Origin: Picochlorum sp. SENEW3
Taxonomy: Eukaryota
Assembly: GCA_034226945.1 (NCBI GenBank)
Contig: CP120462.1
Location: forward strand, 620,001-684,000
Direction: 5' to 3'
DNA length: 64,000 nucleotides
The notes beneath the pieces are model-generated. The model was not told where the DNA came from. It made no database searches and was given only the letters and a program-made list of their open reading frames with translations. Below, one piece after another: positions 36,329 through 47,605 of the stretch; positions within the stretch are counted from its first letter, which is position 1; every line of letters starts with the position of its first letter. Made by a program: the position numbers and the translations under genes.

Positions 36329-37672
36329 ATGTACCGGCTACAATGGGGCACCCTGGGGATTGAGAATCACTCGTCTCGCCAGCTCTTTGTTAGAAAGCAG
36401 AAGAACAACAAGATACGGGGGATTGCTGCGTCAATGAATACGCCACGTATCGTTGCTATGGCTCGGCCTGAGACTTCTCATACTGCTTCTCCATCAAAAA
36501 CAGCAAAATATGGTGCTGCATCGATTGCGGCAAGCGCTCTCCTCATGTTGACACCACCCACTATTGGTGGCTATCCAGACACACAGGCTGCCTATGCGGC
36601 AAGCAGCAGTGGGTCTGATGTCGGTGTCTGTGTCTTGAAAAAATGCCAAAAAGCTCTCGCTGGATGTTTAGCAGACCCACAGTGTTTGGAAAATCTTGTA
36701 TGTTTACAACAGTGCAATGGAAAGGATGATGAGACACCATGCCAAATCAAATGTGGGGATAAGTATCAGGATGCCGCCATCGATACATTCAACAAATGTG
36801 CTGTGAGTGAGAAGAAATGTGTACCGCAGAGAGTCGATGAAGGCGTGTATCCCATCCCTCCGGACTGTGCCTTGGACTCGGCATTTGATCTATCCATGTT
36901 TCAAGGACGGTGGTACATCACTGCTGGTCTCAATCCCCTCTTTGATACCTTTCCCTGCCAAGAGCACTATTTTGCATCTCCAAAGGATTCATCAGACGTC
37001 GTCTTTGCTGAAATCAACTGGAGAATACCTGCATCTGATGGCAAGGATTTCATACAGCGCTCCACCATGCAGCGATTTGTGCAGACACCAGACAACCCAG
37101 CCATCCTCTTGAACCATGACAATGAGTTCTTGCACTATGAAGATGATTGGTATATAGTTGCATCAAAGCCAGATGCGTACGTGTTTATTTATTATCGAGG
37201 GCAGAATGATGCATGGAAGGGATACGGAGGAGCCACTGTGTACACCAGAGATGCCCACCTCCCAGAGGAATATATTCCAGAATTGAGACAGGCAGCCGAG
37301 AATGCTGGTCTCTCTTGGGACGATTTTACAATCACAGACAACGCATGCCCACCAAAACCAGTATCAAAGGGACCATTTGAAGAATTAAAGGAAGATTTCA
37401 GCCTGGCAGAGGACTTTGCAAGCAAGGAGATGACCACGCTGATAGAACCAGAACTCAAATCATTTGGCAAAGGATTCACTATTTTAGAGAAAGAAGTCGA
37501 GTCTGTGACTCGAGAAATCACACGAGAGGTTCAAGAAGAAGAAAAGATTATAGAAAAGCAGGCTCAAGAGGCAGCTCGACGAATTCGGCGATTCCAGATG
37601 GAAGCCAGCATGGGAAGATGGGTCCAGTCGATTCCGTTACCTATTCGAGAAATCATCATGCCCGTTCGATAA
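36329..37672 (+). CDS. VDE: Violaxanthin de-epoxidase (plant-type, lumenal)
   Basis: Bipartite transit peptide. Cys-rich domain (CVLKKC..CLADPQCLENLVCLQQC..CQIKCGD), lipocalin core GRWYITAGLNPLFDTFPCQEH, HYEDDWY, YYRGQNDAWKGYGGA, Glu-rich tail. Confidence 0.96.
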   Translation: MYRLQWGTLGIENHSSRQLFVRKQKNNKIRGIAASMNTPRIVAMARPETSHTASPSKTAKYGAASIAASALLMLTPPTIGGYPDTQAAYAASSSGSDVGVCVLKKCQKALAGCLADPQCLENLVCLQQCNGKDDETPCQIKCGDKYQDAAIDTFNKCAVSEKKCVPQRVDEGVYPIPPDCALDSAFDLSMFQGRWYITAGLNPLFDTFPCQEHYFASPKDSSDVVFAEINWRIPASDGKDFIQRSTMQRFVQTPDNPAILLNHDNEFLHYEDDWYIVASKPDAYVFIYYRGQNDAWKGYGGATVYTRDAHLPEEYIPELRQAAENAGLSWDDFTITDNACPPKPVSKGPFEELKEDFSLAEDFASKEMTTLIEPELKSFGKGFTILEKEVESVTREITREVQEEEKIIEKQAQEAARRIRRFQMEASMGRWVQSIPLPIREIIMPVR

Positions 37673-37882
37673 AAAGTACTACTACTACTTAAAATTGTTG
37701 TTTTTGTAATACAATGCGAATCGATGATTTCTTTTGTACTGAGGATGATGGTGACGTGAGAAACTTTTAAAAAAAGATTATTGACGACGCATGGCACCTG
37801 CGATAGACAGAGAGTGGATGCTTCTTTCCTTTTTGTTTTTTACAGCACCACATGCGTTATGACATAGAGCACATGTAGCACA

Positions 37883-38944
37883 ATGTATACAACGGTGCAT
37901 AAACGAGCGTCGCAGTCCCGGTCAACCGGGCGCTCTGACAACAACACAGGAGCAGGAACAACCAATGGATCCAATGGTGTTCGCATCTCTCCCAAGGGTC
38001 GGGGGAGGAGGAATCGATACAACATTGATACCCATCCTCCACGGTGGGTGAGTGTATTGATGTTGGTCTTCTTCTTCTTGGTGGGCATGGGAGTGTATAG
38101 ACTGTTCCATCCACCCTCACAGACGGCAGATTTCATGATTACATTCAACACAACCGAGCCAGAAGAAGATCCGATTCCTGATTTCCCCGATGGAGATCCT
38201 CTTGAATTTGAGTTTGATTATGAAAAGATGGAGCGAGAATTAGCGGAAGAGGAGGCGCTTGATAAGGAACCCATCGTGATTGAACAGGATGAGAATGGAG
38301 AATTCATCCTGCCAGAGGGCATCACCAAGGACGACATATTTCACACAAAGGTCATGGAAGTGGCAGAAATGGGAAATTTTGAGGAACAGAATTTATACCT
38401 GACACTCCTCATCATGACGGATGTGCTCATTCAACACATGCCCATTTGCATCTTTACAGAGCGAGTGTTGCTGATTTCCAACGTTGCATCGCACAGCGAG
38501 TATACAGATTCCAACTATAAAGCATTCGGCGTTTTATTAGATGAATACCAAGATCGGGGACTGGACATCCTTGCATTCCCATGCAATGAATTTGAGAATG
38601 CAGAGCCAGGAACAGATGATGATATTCTGAAAATGGTGAATGAAAAGTATAGCCCGCGGCTCTTCGTCATGGCAAAGATGCTGCGCAGTATTGCAGATAA
38701 TGACTTGTTCCGATGGCTGAGAGCCCGAACCCCAGAGGATGATTTCTATGGCCGGGGCCCAATCCTGGAGAATTTTAGGTATGCTCTTTTTTCAATGTTC
38801 AATGAAAACTACTACTAATAATGACAATGCATACGTGGTTGATGCAGTAAGTTTCTTGTGAATCGAGAGGGTCATGTTGTCAAGAGGTATGGCGCACAGG
38901 TCAATATCGATGAATTGAGAAGAGATATCGAGGCCTTGTTGTGA
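37883..38944 (+). CDS. Membrane-anchored glutathione peroxidase-like protein with degenerate active site; intron 38779-38847
   Basis: N-terminal TM helix and acidic stalk. NVASHSEYTDSNY, ILAFPCNEF..EPG, ILENFS|KFLVNREGHVVKRY. Confidence 0.8.
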
Positions 38945-39301
38945 CCAAGGTAAAATAAAGGGTTTCTCTGTTTTGCCTCAAAGACAATGGCTCGCGATCA
39001 CGTACCATTGCCAAAGAAAAAGTAGAACTTCACCTTTAAGTTTTGAGATGTTGCAGACTTACTTTATTCTGGTATAAAGCGAACTTGATATTACATGAAT
39101 CATGAAAATGGCAAGCTTCTTGAGGAGGAGGACACTGGGCCACTCCTGGAAAACCGTAATATATTATATCATATATGTACCAGTATCAATCAAGGCAAGA
39201 GTATTTGCGTTACTAGTATCATGTTGATTGATATAGGGTATGGTGCACCCGTTGGTATAGATGTGGCAGGCAGGACTTTAATGGGGTACACGTCTTTCTG
39301 C

Positions 39302-40305
39302 TCATCTCCCCACAGTTGAAGTAGGGATGCAATCATCCTTGGTGTCCTCATCGCACATTCTCCAAGCCCATCCGGTGGCTGAACACTCACTGAATGTTGT
39401 TTTGACATAAACTTTTGGAGCATCTGATGGATATTCAAAACTGACGTATCCTGGTGCAACGGCACAGTTTCCATTTTCACACCCGTCCTCCGTCTCGCAA
39501 CAGTCACAGTTGCTGATCGCTGAGCTGTACGTGTTCAACTGAAAATCTTTGGCAGCCTCAGGCGTGTAATCATCTGACGTCAACCTTCGACATCCTAGAA
39601 AGACCTCGAATTTATCTGGAAGGTTCCCGGTACTATAGTACAAGTAGTATCTTTCATTCGGTTCAAAGTTACCATTGACCCACCTAACATCAACAGAGCC
39701 AGGGTCATTCACAGAATCTTCGCCATCACCAAGCTCGCAAGTCTGATCTCCATTGCCTTTCAAAAAGGAATCAAAGTCGCAATTATGTTTCCTGTCTGCC
39801 TGGATCGTTCCCATGGTCGCTGAGAAAACATCGAAAACAGAAGCATCGTTGATCAAAAAGTTGCATATGCATCCTTTGCCATCAGGATTTGGAGCGTAGC
39901 CAGCGGCTGTATCGCAGATGCATCCTTTGCCATCAGGATTTGGAGCGTAGCCAGCGGCTGTATCGCACTCGCATTTTCCTGAAACACCTTGACCATTGTT
40001 GCACTTTAGACAAACGCCAGATTCCCCTGCAATGAGTCATTTTTCCGGGTAAGATATCTCTCTAAAATCTGGATCAGCAATTGTAGCTGTTGCTACACGA
40101 TACAAGGCGCACCTTCACCATTGCAATCGCTTTTCGGGTTGTTACCATTCTTAGTTTCCAGGAGACATGTAGTCCCTCCAGGGCCACAGGCCGGCACGGT
40201 GACATACGGTCCGTCATTTGTGGTTAAATCTCGACGCGATAAAATACATGGAAAAATGGCGAGTCCAAGGACCATGAAACAGACCAACACGTTTCTCAAC
40301 AACAT
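39302..40305 (-). CDS. Secreted cysteine-rich protein with duplicated EGF-like motif; 2 exons (40305-40113, 40026-39302)
   Basis: Signal peptide MLLRNVLVCFMVLGLAIFPCILS. Intron GTGCGC..TTGCAG joins the two ORFs in frame. Contains CDTAAGYAPNPDGKGCI x2. Confidence 0.7.
39867..39967. repeat. Perfect tandem duplication, period 51 nt (2 copies)
   Basis: atgcatcctttgccatcaggatttggagcgtagccagcggctgtatcgca at 39867-39916 and 39918-39967. Confidence 0.95.
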
Positions 40306-40639
40306 GGTGAGAGTGGGCAAGGCGTGGCTGTCAAGGATTGTTTTTCTCAAGATGTTCTCTCACAAATCTGGTGATGCTGGGTATCGATGGTATAGTTAGG
40401 CTTCTCAAACAAAACTTTATTTTACTGTTTTCAAATATGCCTGAGAAAAGTATCATCAGTCACTCTATATGCCAAATCCAAGGATGAATATCTGAGTCAG
40501 CACATGCTGCGCGCGAGAAGTCAACGCCATGGCGTGGGTCGTTATTGTATACGGGTGCCCCCATCATCAATCAGGTACCTATGGAGCGAAGTCAGCGATG
40601 CTGTCTCAGATCTATGCTATGATTATTCCGCCTCGGACT

Positions 40640-40693
40640 ATTGTGCGCAGAGTGAACATTGTGCGCAGCGTGAATATTGTGCGCAGCGCGAAC
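40640..40693. repeat. 18-bp tandem repeat, 3 copies
   Basis: attgtgcgcagagtgaac / attgtgcgcagcgtgaat / attgtgcgcagcgcgaac. Confidence 0.9.
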
Positions 40694-40905
40694 GTTACGC
40701 TGTGATACTCCAACGCACTCCAGCCTTACGGTTCCTCTGATAAGGTCGTGGTTTATTTGCGAAGAATGAAGCCAGAACATACAAACTTCTTACAGATATT
40801 TCAATTTTATTTCAGCAAGGGAATCATGCTATGGATCTCTTAAACACTCCTGTGGAAGAACGAGTGAGGCACCCGCAAGTTCAACTGTTAACACAAGGAT
40901 TAGGA

Positions 40906-40933
40906 CTCCTACTCCGGAGTAGGAGGATCCTCC
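40906..40933. repeat. 20-bp perfect palindrome overlapping a 12-bp palindrome
   Basis: ctcctactccggagtaggag (40906-40925) and ggaggatcctcc (40922-40933). Confidence 0.95.
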
Positions 40934-42962
40934 CAAATGGGGTCTCAGCTGCCACATTTTTGGTATGAGGTACCAAGATTTGTTTGGAGAATAGCAACTA
41001 TGCATTTAAGGAAATAAGATCGAAATAATTTATGCTGCGATTATTATTATTACTGCAGGGCGTCACATATCTAGTAGCAGAGCGGGTACATGTTGAACAG
41101 CAGCAGAATGGGCTCTGCCCTCATATAACGTACTCTGCATGGTAGCGACGGAAAAGCAATACGCGGATTGCCGGGGGAACAAACTCAATAACAGGTATTG
41201 CGTTCCTGATAAAACTTCAGTGTGCCAGAAATCGACCCGCCTGGGCCGACTCAGCACTAGGTCACTGCCAATGGCTGCAGCCAGCTGCATATATCTACAT
41301 TTCACAACCGATTCCCCATCGCCATGCTGCACAAACCTCGTGGATGTCGGCCCATGAGGATGATCAGCCTCTCCAGCGTGAATGGTCTTGTGATCTGCAC
41401 CTGGTCACCAGTAACCACAGCACTGTGAATCACATCATGATCTCAAGTCTATGCAGCTGCAGCTGCGGGCGTGCACGGTTTGGTAAATTACCAATGGTAC
41501 TAGGTGAAATGGAATATCCGACAGAGCCTTATGATCGCAATGCCCCATGATGTATTCGATACAGTCAATATTAATGTAAATTAATTCGAGGGCCGGTAAT
41601 AGGCTTCCAAACTTTTTCACGATGTCGCTCCCACGGCTCCCCTGGCGCATATTAAATTCCCTCGCCCCCATAAATCAATGTAATATTGTATTAAAGTGTC
41701 ATTAGAGTCGCTGGATCGTAAAAATGGTCAGAATCGAGCGAAAACGTCGCGAAAAACACGAAATTCGCGGGGGAGTAGTGTAACCTCAGCCCTGCTCGAC
41801 CACAAATTCGGAAAGAAAATGAAAAATTAAAACTTTCAGTAGCGTGGAATATCCCTGAAAGTGTTCCGTTTCGCTGCACGAGTGCGATGAAGACAATGGA
41901 GGAGCAATAACTTTGACGATATGGCCAACAGAGACCCTTGAAAGATTCAATAAATGAAATGATTCGGACATCTGGGACACGGGGTCGTATAAAGAAGCGA
42001 AATGTGAGATAATGGGGAAATGCGATGATTTGGATTCGAATTCCCCAAGGGAAGAGTTGGAACTTCAGGCTTTTCTAGTGGACGCAATGAGAAGAAGATT
42101 AAAAAGCAAAACTTTGGTGCTATTAGATGGGCGCAAAGGCTCAAAGACGAGGAAGATATTGCGGCTAATGTTCGCGATAGTCGACCTTGACCTCAAGGGT
42201 TGACTGGACACCACCTGGTGACATGAAAAGTCAACGTTTCAGCGTTTCATTTGCAATGTATCCAGAAAGACTGGCCTACTATGTAGGAAAAGAAAGTTTC
42301 AAAGTTTGAATATAGATGTGAACTTAGCATGAACATTTCTTTTGAAGGTCATGTCACACGATCTCTCAGACCAACCTCAACCCTTGCACAAGCATGTTCA
42401 ACGTTTTCGTTCTCTGTATCCTCAGCACAGCAAAGTATGACAACGACAAAGAAAAGTATCTGGTTGATATTGTCTCCACACGCAATAGAGCAACCGACCT
42501 ACGCCCTGCTTGGTCAGAAAGCGCTCTCTTGGCTCAGGCCTTCAATAAACTTGCAAGGAAAAGAGCCATGCATGATACTACTACCCACTTCTTCCATTGG
42601 TTTTTCTCTGCACTTGATATCTAGAGTCACATCAGATTATTGAGTAAATACCTGCACTTCATCTCTATGCCCCATGATGAGTATCCACACTTGCAATTGC
42701 AGATCTCTCATAATCCAAACAAGCTCTCCCAATCTACAAATCAGTTCACCCAAATGTCTATTTACGATCGCTAATCAACTCACAAATCGCCACTTTCGGC
42801 CCTCCACTACTTGTTTATTTACCATTGTATGAACCACCGCAGTACCGCCTGTAGCAGTCCAAGGGAACAACCAAACCAACGCACGCAGAGAAACACACAG
42901 AGACGGAGAGTTTTTGTGTAGGATAGTATATCCTTCGCCTGAGTCAGGCAATCTGGGTAACT

Positions 42963-44887
42963 ATGAGGAGATATCCGTTGCATAAGAATGATATCAAAGT
43001 GAGGGTGGAGCCAAAGCCAACAACGTCTGTTATTCCGTTTGCAAAGGAGGCAGTCGTTGGTAGGACGATTCACATGTGCTTTCAGGAGGCCGACTCGATG
43101 CATTTATACAAAGGAAACGTTACGTATTACGACGAAGGTGCTGGGACGTTTCATATTGACTTTTTTGATGAGGACACAGCTGACATTGATTTTGTGAGCG
43201 GGGGTGATACGATTCTGTGGGAGACGATGGATGTGACGCGGGATGCGCAATGGCCAGAGGAGAGTAGTGATTTGGATATTGTGCCTGAGGAGGAGGAAGG
43301 GACGAGGATGGAAGTGCTGCCTCCGGTGGTTGGTGGGGAAGGAAAGGTTCCAGAACACGTACAAGAGACCAAGGTTGATGATGCGAAGAAGGAGGTGGCG
43401 GTCCAACCACCAGAACAAGAACAGCAGAAGGCAGACGTTGAAAAGGAAGACGTTGGAAAGGAAGACGTTGGAAAGGAAGACGTTGAAAAGGTCGACTTGG
43501 GAATGGATGGTCTGGAGGAGGCAAAATTAGAGCATGAAAAGAAGGAAGATGTACTGGTGCAGCCTGTTGAGGAACGACACAAAGAAGAAGAGATTGAGGT
43601 CAAGCAAAAAGAGGAAGAAGAACATGTCCTGTCACCTGCTCCCAGCATTATGGATGGTGTGGTGTTGGGGAAGAAGAGTCCAGCAAAGCCAATGGTGACT
43701 GAGAAGCTAGCACCGATGCAAGAAAAGTCTCAAAAAGATGGGGTGGATCAAGGCGTTGTCAAGACTTTTGTGGGTGTCAAGCGCAAGGAAGGTGCTATCA
43801 TGAAGGAGGATGCGGTGAAGCATGCCAAAGTGGAGAAGGAAGATGGTGTTGCCAAGGTTCCAACCATTTCAGTTCAGGATGGTCTTGCACAGCGCCAGGA
43901 AAAGGATGCCCCTGCAACAGGTACGGTGTTTGTATTTTTGCCTGGTATCTGTACTTGTTATACAGTATTCATGTCTATGTTTTCCTGTACGCAGAATTGA
44001 AGAAATTCATCAACAACTATGGGATGTCGTTTCTGAATAGTTTGGGTGAACTCAAGCAATCTATTGAGAATCTGAACACATTGTCAAATATGATCAAATC
44101 ATATGCTGAGAAGGAAGACGCTACATCGATAAAAAAGACGGATGTTCCGAAGACAGCACGAGGATTTCTCAATATTGCGTTCTATGGAGGGAAAAAGTAC
44201 TCTGTTGGGATTGAGCATGTGTGGCCATTGAATGACAAGCTGATGAAGGCAGTCTCTGAGCTTTACGATGTGACAACGTCATTGTGCCAAACAGCCAACT
44301 TTCCGTCACCAAAGGAGCCTGACTGTATGAAAGAGTGGAAAAAGAATCAGAGTCGGGCTGGTCTTGGTGCAACAAAAGTGCAGACAGTTGATGCAGAACA
44401 TGCATCAAAACAAGCAAAGAAGGAGCTGACCAAGGCTCCGGCCAAGAGCAGTGCAAGTATGAAATCTGACCATGATGTTGAAGCAGTGACGTACTCGAAG
44501 AAGAATGAACACTCATTGTTCCAGAGCACTGGAAACTTGTTCAGGGACAATGCAATCAGGATATTCTCTCAGTCGTTGATGTCATCAGCCACGCCATTTG
44601 ATATTGCCGCTGACATGGAACAGGCCATCTTTTCAAAATGCAATATTCAAGAAAAGGACCAACGTCTTCCTGATGACTACTATACGGTTGTGAGATCACT
44701 CTGGGAGGTGTTAAACCCAGCAAGTGCCAACTGCAACCCTCTTCTTCGGATCATGCTGTTACATGGATACATGACACATAACGAGCTTCTTTCTTTGAGA
44801 GAGGGTGATTTGGCCCATGTGGAAAGGAAATTTATGGAGGAAATCGCTGATAATTCTTGGCTGAGGGACTCGTTTACAAGGCAATGA
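42963..44887 (+). CDS. Tudor-like N-terminal domain plus TFIIS central (TFIIS_M)-like C-terminal domain; intron 43921-43994
   Basis: VGRTIHMCF..YKGNVTYYD..FHIDFFDEDTADI (Tudor-like), acidic linker, RDNAIRIFSQSL..MEQAIF..YYTVVRSL..NPLLR..G.MT..EL (TFIIS_M-like). Confidence 0.65.
43434..43491 (+). repeat. 15-nt coding minisatellite (DVE/GKE x4)
   Basis: gacgttg(a/g)aaaggaa repeated about 4 times. Confidence 0.9.
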
Positions 44888-45004
44888 CTCATGACTAGCG
44901 TACAAGACATCTTTGTGACTTGACATTTTATTTTTTTTTCCCTGAATTGACGCTCGTTTTTTCTCCATCATTTGACGTATACTAGTGATTTTACATGGAT
45001 ATTT

Positions 45005-46360
45005 TTATTTGAATGGCAATGTGCCGCGTGATGCCTTCCTCTTCATCTCACTTTTTGATTTTGAACTCTTTCCAAAATGTCCATGTCGGTGGGATGTATC
45101 ACCAACCTGCCTGATTTTCAGGCTTGCATGGGTATTCTGCTTGATCACCGACACGCTTCCCTTATGAGACGAATGCAATTCCTTATTCCTATGCTGAAAC
45201 AATTTATTCGCTCGAATCATTGCCGCAGTGGTTGCAGACTTTGATCCCAAAATCTTTGTCCCAATACTACAAGCCCTGGTAAAACTAACTTGTGCCTCCT
45301 TCATCTGGCCCAAATGCTCATGCTCTATTCCAATATTATGGTATGCCATGGCTAAAATATTCGCATCATTCAATAACTGATTTCGGCGCGCATCATGCGC
45401 CACAAGCGCCTGCACTTGAAGCGACAATGCAGGCAAACCGTCTTGAAAACTCAGACCAGGCCACAGCTGCCCCTGCAGCAAGACGGCCGCCTTTTCACCA
45501 TGATGTAAAGCTTCTTTATGGTGATGTAACACGGAATGAGACGCACTCAAATTTAAATGCGTTGAAGCACGTTCATGCACAGTACCAGATATCTCTTCAA
45601 TGGCCAATGCTTTCTCCAAGTATACCAACGCCTCCCGTGGCAACGACATCCGCCGGTACAAACAACCCATATTATTATATGTAATTGTTTGCAAATGCGA
45701 CTGCGTCACAACACCATCGCCACCCTGATCAAGCCCATCCTCCATTGATTTCTCCAACAGCAATTTCTCTGCTTTCTGCAACATGACCAACGACTGATCA
45801 AACTGTTTCCCTTCCATCAACCTCACAGCAAGATCATTATACAATTTGACCAAATTCCTCGTCAACTCGCCTCCATCTTGCGTCGAAGTATCACTCTCCA
45901 CATTCTCCTCTGTCGTCCCTTGCACTGAATTCTCACGCCTCTGCATTTCTTCCAACTCCATTGCAGCAAGCACCTTGCTCAACTCTGTAAACCCACTCTT
46001 CACATCGACATCAGAGAGAGCAGATTCGGAAATCATAGACCGCGTATCCAAGGATGCCCCATCATCCTCTTCTTCAACAACTACAAACTCACCATCATGG
46101 TTGATTTCTTCTTCTTCCAACTCTTCTTCTTCATCATCATTGCGTGCATCGTTATACTCGTGTACGTGTGTTTCTTCATTAGTATCATTGATATAGTCGT
46201 CCCGCTGTTCATCGTCATCTACATCCAGATGGGGACCACCAAGAGTCTCCACACCTGGTCCTTCCTGTCCGGCACCAACACCATCCACACCATTGCCTCG
46301 CAATTCATCCTTCACTACCTTTGACTTCTTCAACGAACGTATTTTACCCAACAGTCCCAT
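45005..46360 (-). CDS. TPR-repeat protein with acidic N-terminus
   Basis: ITYNNMGCLYRR..EALVYLEKALAI, ASTHLNLSAS..EALHHGEKA, AMAYHNIGIEHEHLGQMKEA. Confidence 0.8.
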   Translation of the reverse strand: MGLLGKIRSLKKSKVVKDELRGNGVDGVGAGQEGPGVETLGGPHLDVDDDEQRDDYINDTNEETHVHEYNDARNDDEEEELEEEEINHDGEFVVVEEEDDGASLDTRSMISESALSDVDVKSGFTELSKVLAAMELEEMQRRENSVQGTTEENVESDTSTQDGGELTRNLVKLYNDLAVRLMEGKQFDQSLVMLQKAEKLLLEKSMEDGLDQGGDGVVTQSHLQTITYNNMGCLYRRMSLPREALVYLEKALAIEEISGTVHERASTHLNLSASHSVLHHHKEALHHGEKAAVLLQGQLWPGLSFQDGLPALSLQVQALVAHDARRNQLLNDANILAMAYHNIGIEHEHLGQMKEAQVSFTRACSIGTKILGSKSATTAAMIRANKLFQHRNKELHSSHKGSVSVIKQNTHASLKIRQVGDTSHRHGHFGKSSKSKSEMKRKASRGTLPFK

Positions 46361-46725
46361 CGATACGGAATCTAGTCCTCACGCATCCCAAAAACAAACA
46401 ACAAATCCCACTACGCTACGCTGTCATCCTATGGCGCCATGCATGTACATTTATACTTGAAAACTACATTTTGTTTTCCACTACTACTGATCAGCTCCTA
46501 ATGGCAATGCATCATCATGGGTTTTGGGCGGGCCCGCCCGCCCGGATGCTCTTCGTTAAAAAATCACAAAAAATGCCCACTGCGATTCATCATCGTCTTG
46601 CCATCTCTCTCTTCAGACAAAAGAGAATCAAATCTCTCTCTTTCTCTCTCTATTAAAATAGATAGGAGCACGTGGAAGGGACTGCTGTGCTGAAACAGGA
46701 TTTCAAGGGAAAAAACAACAACAAC

Positions 46726-47376
46726 ATGGGTATTCTTCCCCTGTCGCACACTGCGTTGACAACAACAGCACGAAGAACACGGGCCTTGTTTGCTGCAACC
46801 ACACTCGAGAGCATTCACGACGCCCTTCTTCCTCTTTCTTCATCATCTCACGCAAGCAGTAATGCAGCACAATCCCGCACCACGCCATACTCAACAGCAG
46901 GACACGACATGAATGATGATGGTGATACTACAAAGCAGCAGCAGAAGAAGAAGAATGGAGCAGAAAAAATCGTCGTCGATCTGTCTCGGCACACGACTCA
47001 GAATAGAACAGAAAATGAACCAATGATGATGATTCTGTATACATGCGGGAAATGCGAGACGAGATCTGCCAAGGCATTTTCAAAACGTGCCTATGAAAAG
47101 GGCATTGTCATTGTCACCTGCCCAGGATGTGAGGCCAAGCATTTGATTGCCGACAATCTAGGATGGTTTTCTTCATCATCATCATCATTTAGAGGTATAT
47201 CAGAAGAAGGACAGCAAGAAGAACAAGAAGAAGGGAGTGGTAGAAATATAGAAGATATAGCGAGGGAAAGGGGCATTTCATTTGTAAGACGGCATGTGGC
47301 TTTTGGCGAGGAAGATTCGGACAATCATGCAACGTTGGAATTCAGTAGGCAAGATGATGATGGCCACACATCCTAA
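46726..47376 (+). CDS. DNL-type zinc finger Hsp70 escort protein (Zim17/Hep1-like)
   Basis: [44 protein letters not shown], preceded by a presequence-like N-terminus. Confidence 0.9.
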   Translation: MGILPLSHTALTTTARRTRALFAATTLESIHDALLPLSSSSHASSNAAQSRTTPYSTAGHDMNDDGDTTKQQQKKKNGAEKIVVDLSRHTTQNRTENEPMMMILYTCGKCETRSAKAFSKRAYEKGIVIVTCPGCEAKHLIADNLGWFSSSSSSFRGISEEGQQEEQEEGSGRNIEDIARERGISFVRRHVAFGEEDSDNHATLEFSRQDDDGHTS

Positions 47377-47525
47377 TGATTTCCATATTTATTACCATAT
47401 TTAAATAATAATAAAGGTAGGAGTGTCGAATACATACACGACCAAGTGTGTTCTTGTTGTTTGAAATTAATGTACACTCTCGTCTTGTTCGTCTTCGTAT
47501 CAGCGACGACGACGTATTCCACGCA

Positions 47526-47545
47526 TTATTATTATTATTATTATT
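47526..47545. repeat. (TTA)n microsatellite upstream of the UCH gene
   Basis: ttattattattattattatt. Confidence 0.85.
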
Positions 47546-47605
47546 GCTATTTTACTATTTTACAGATACCCATCAGGTTTTGGTTTCAGTCTGTAAAGAA
47601 AGAAG

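Noticed and set aside
38470..38520. Selenocysteine in the GPX-like gene
   Set aside because: The active-site codon is AGC, with no in-frame TGA.
40640..40693. Short direct repeats as a CRISPR-like array
   Set aside because: Units are contiguous with no spacers, only 18 bp, there are no cas genes, and the context is eukaryotic.
42012..42643. Short ORFs in the gene-free island as a transposase remnant
   Set aside because: No DDE, RT or other recognisable motif, and no terminal repeats identified by eye.
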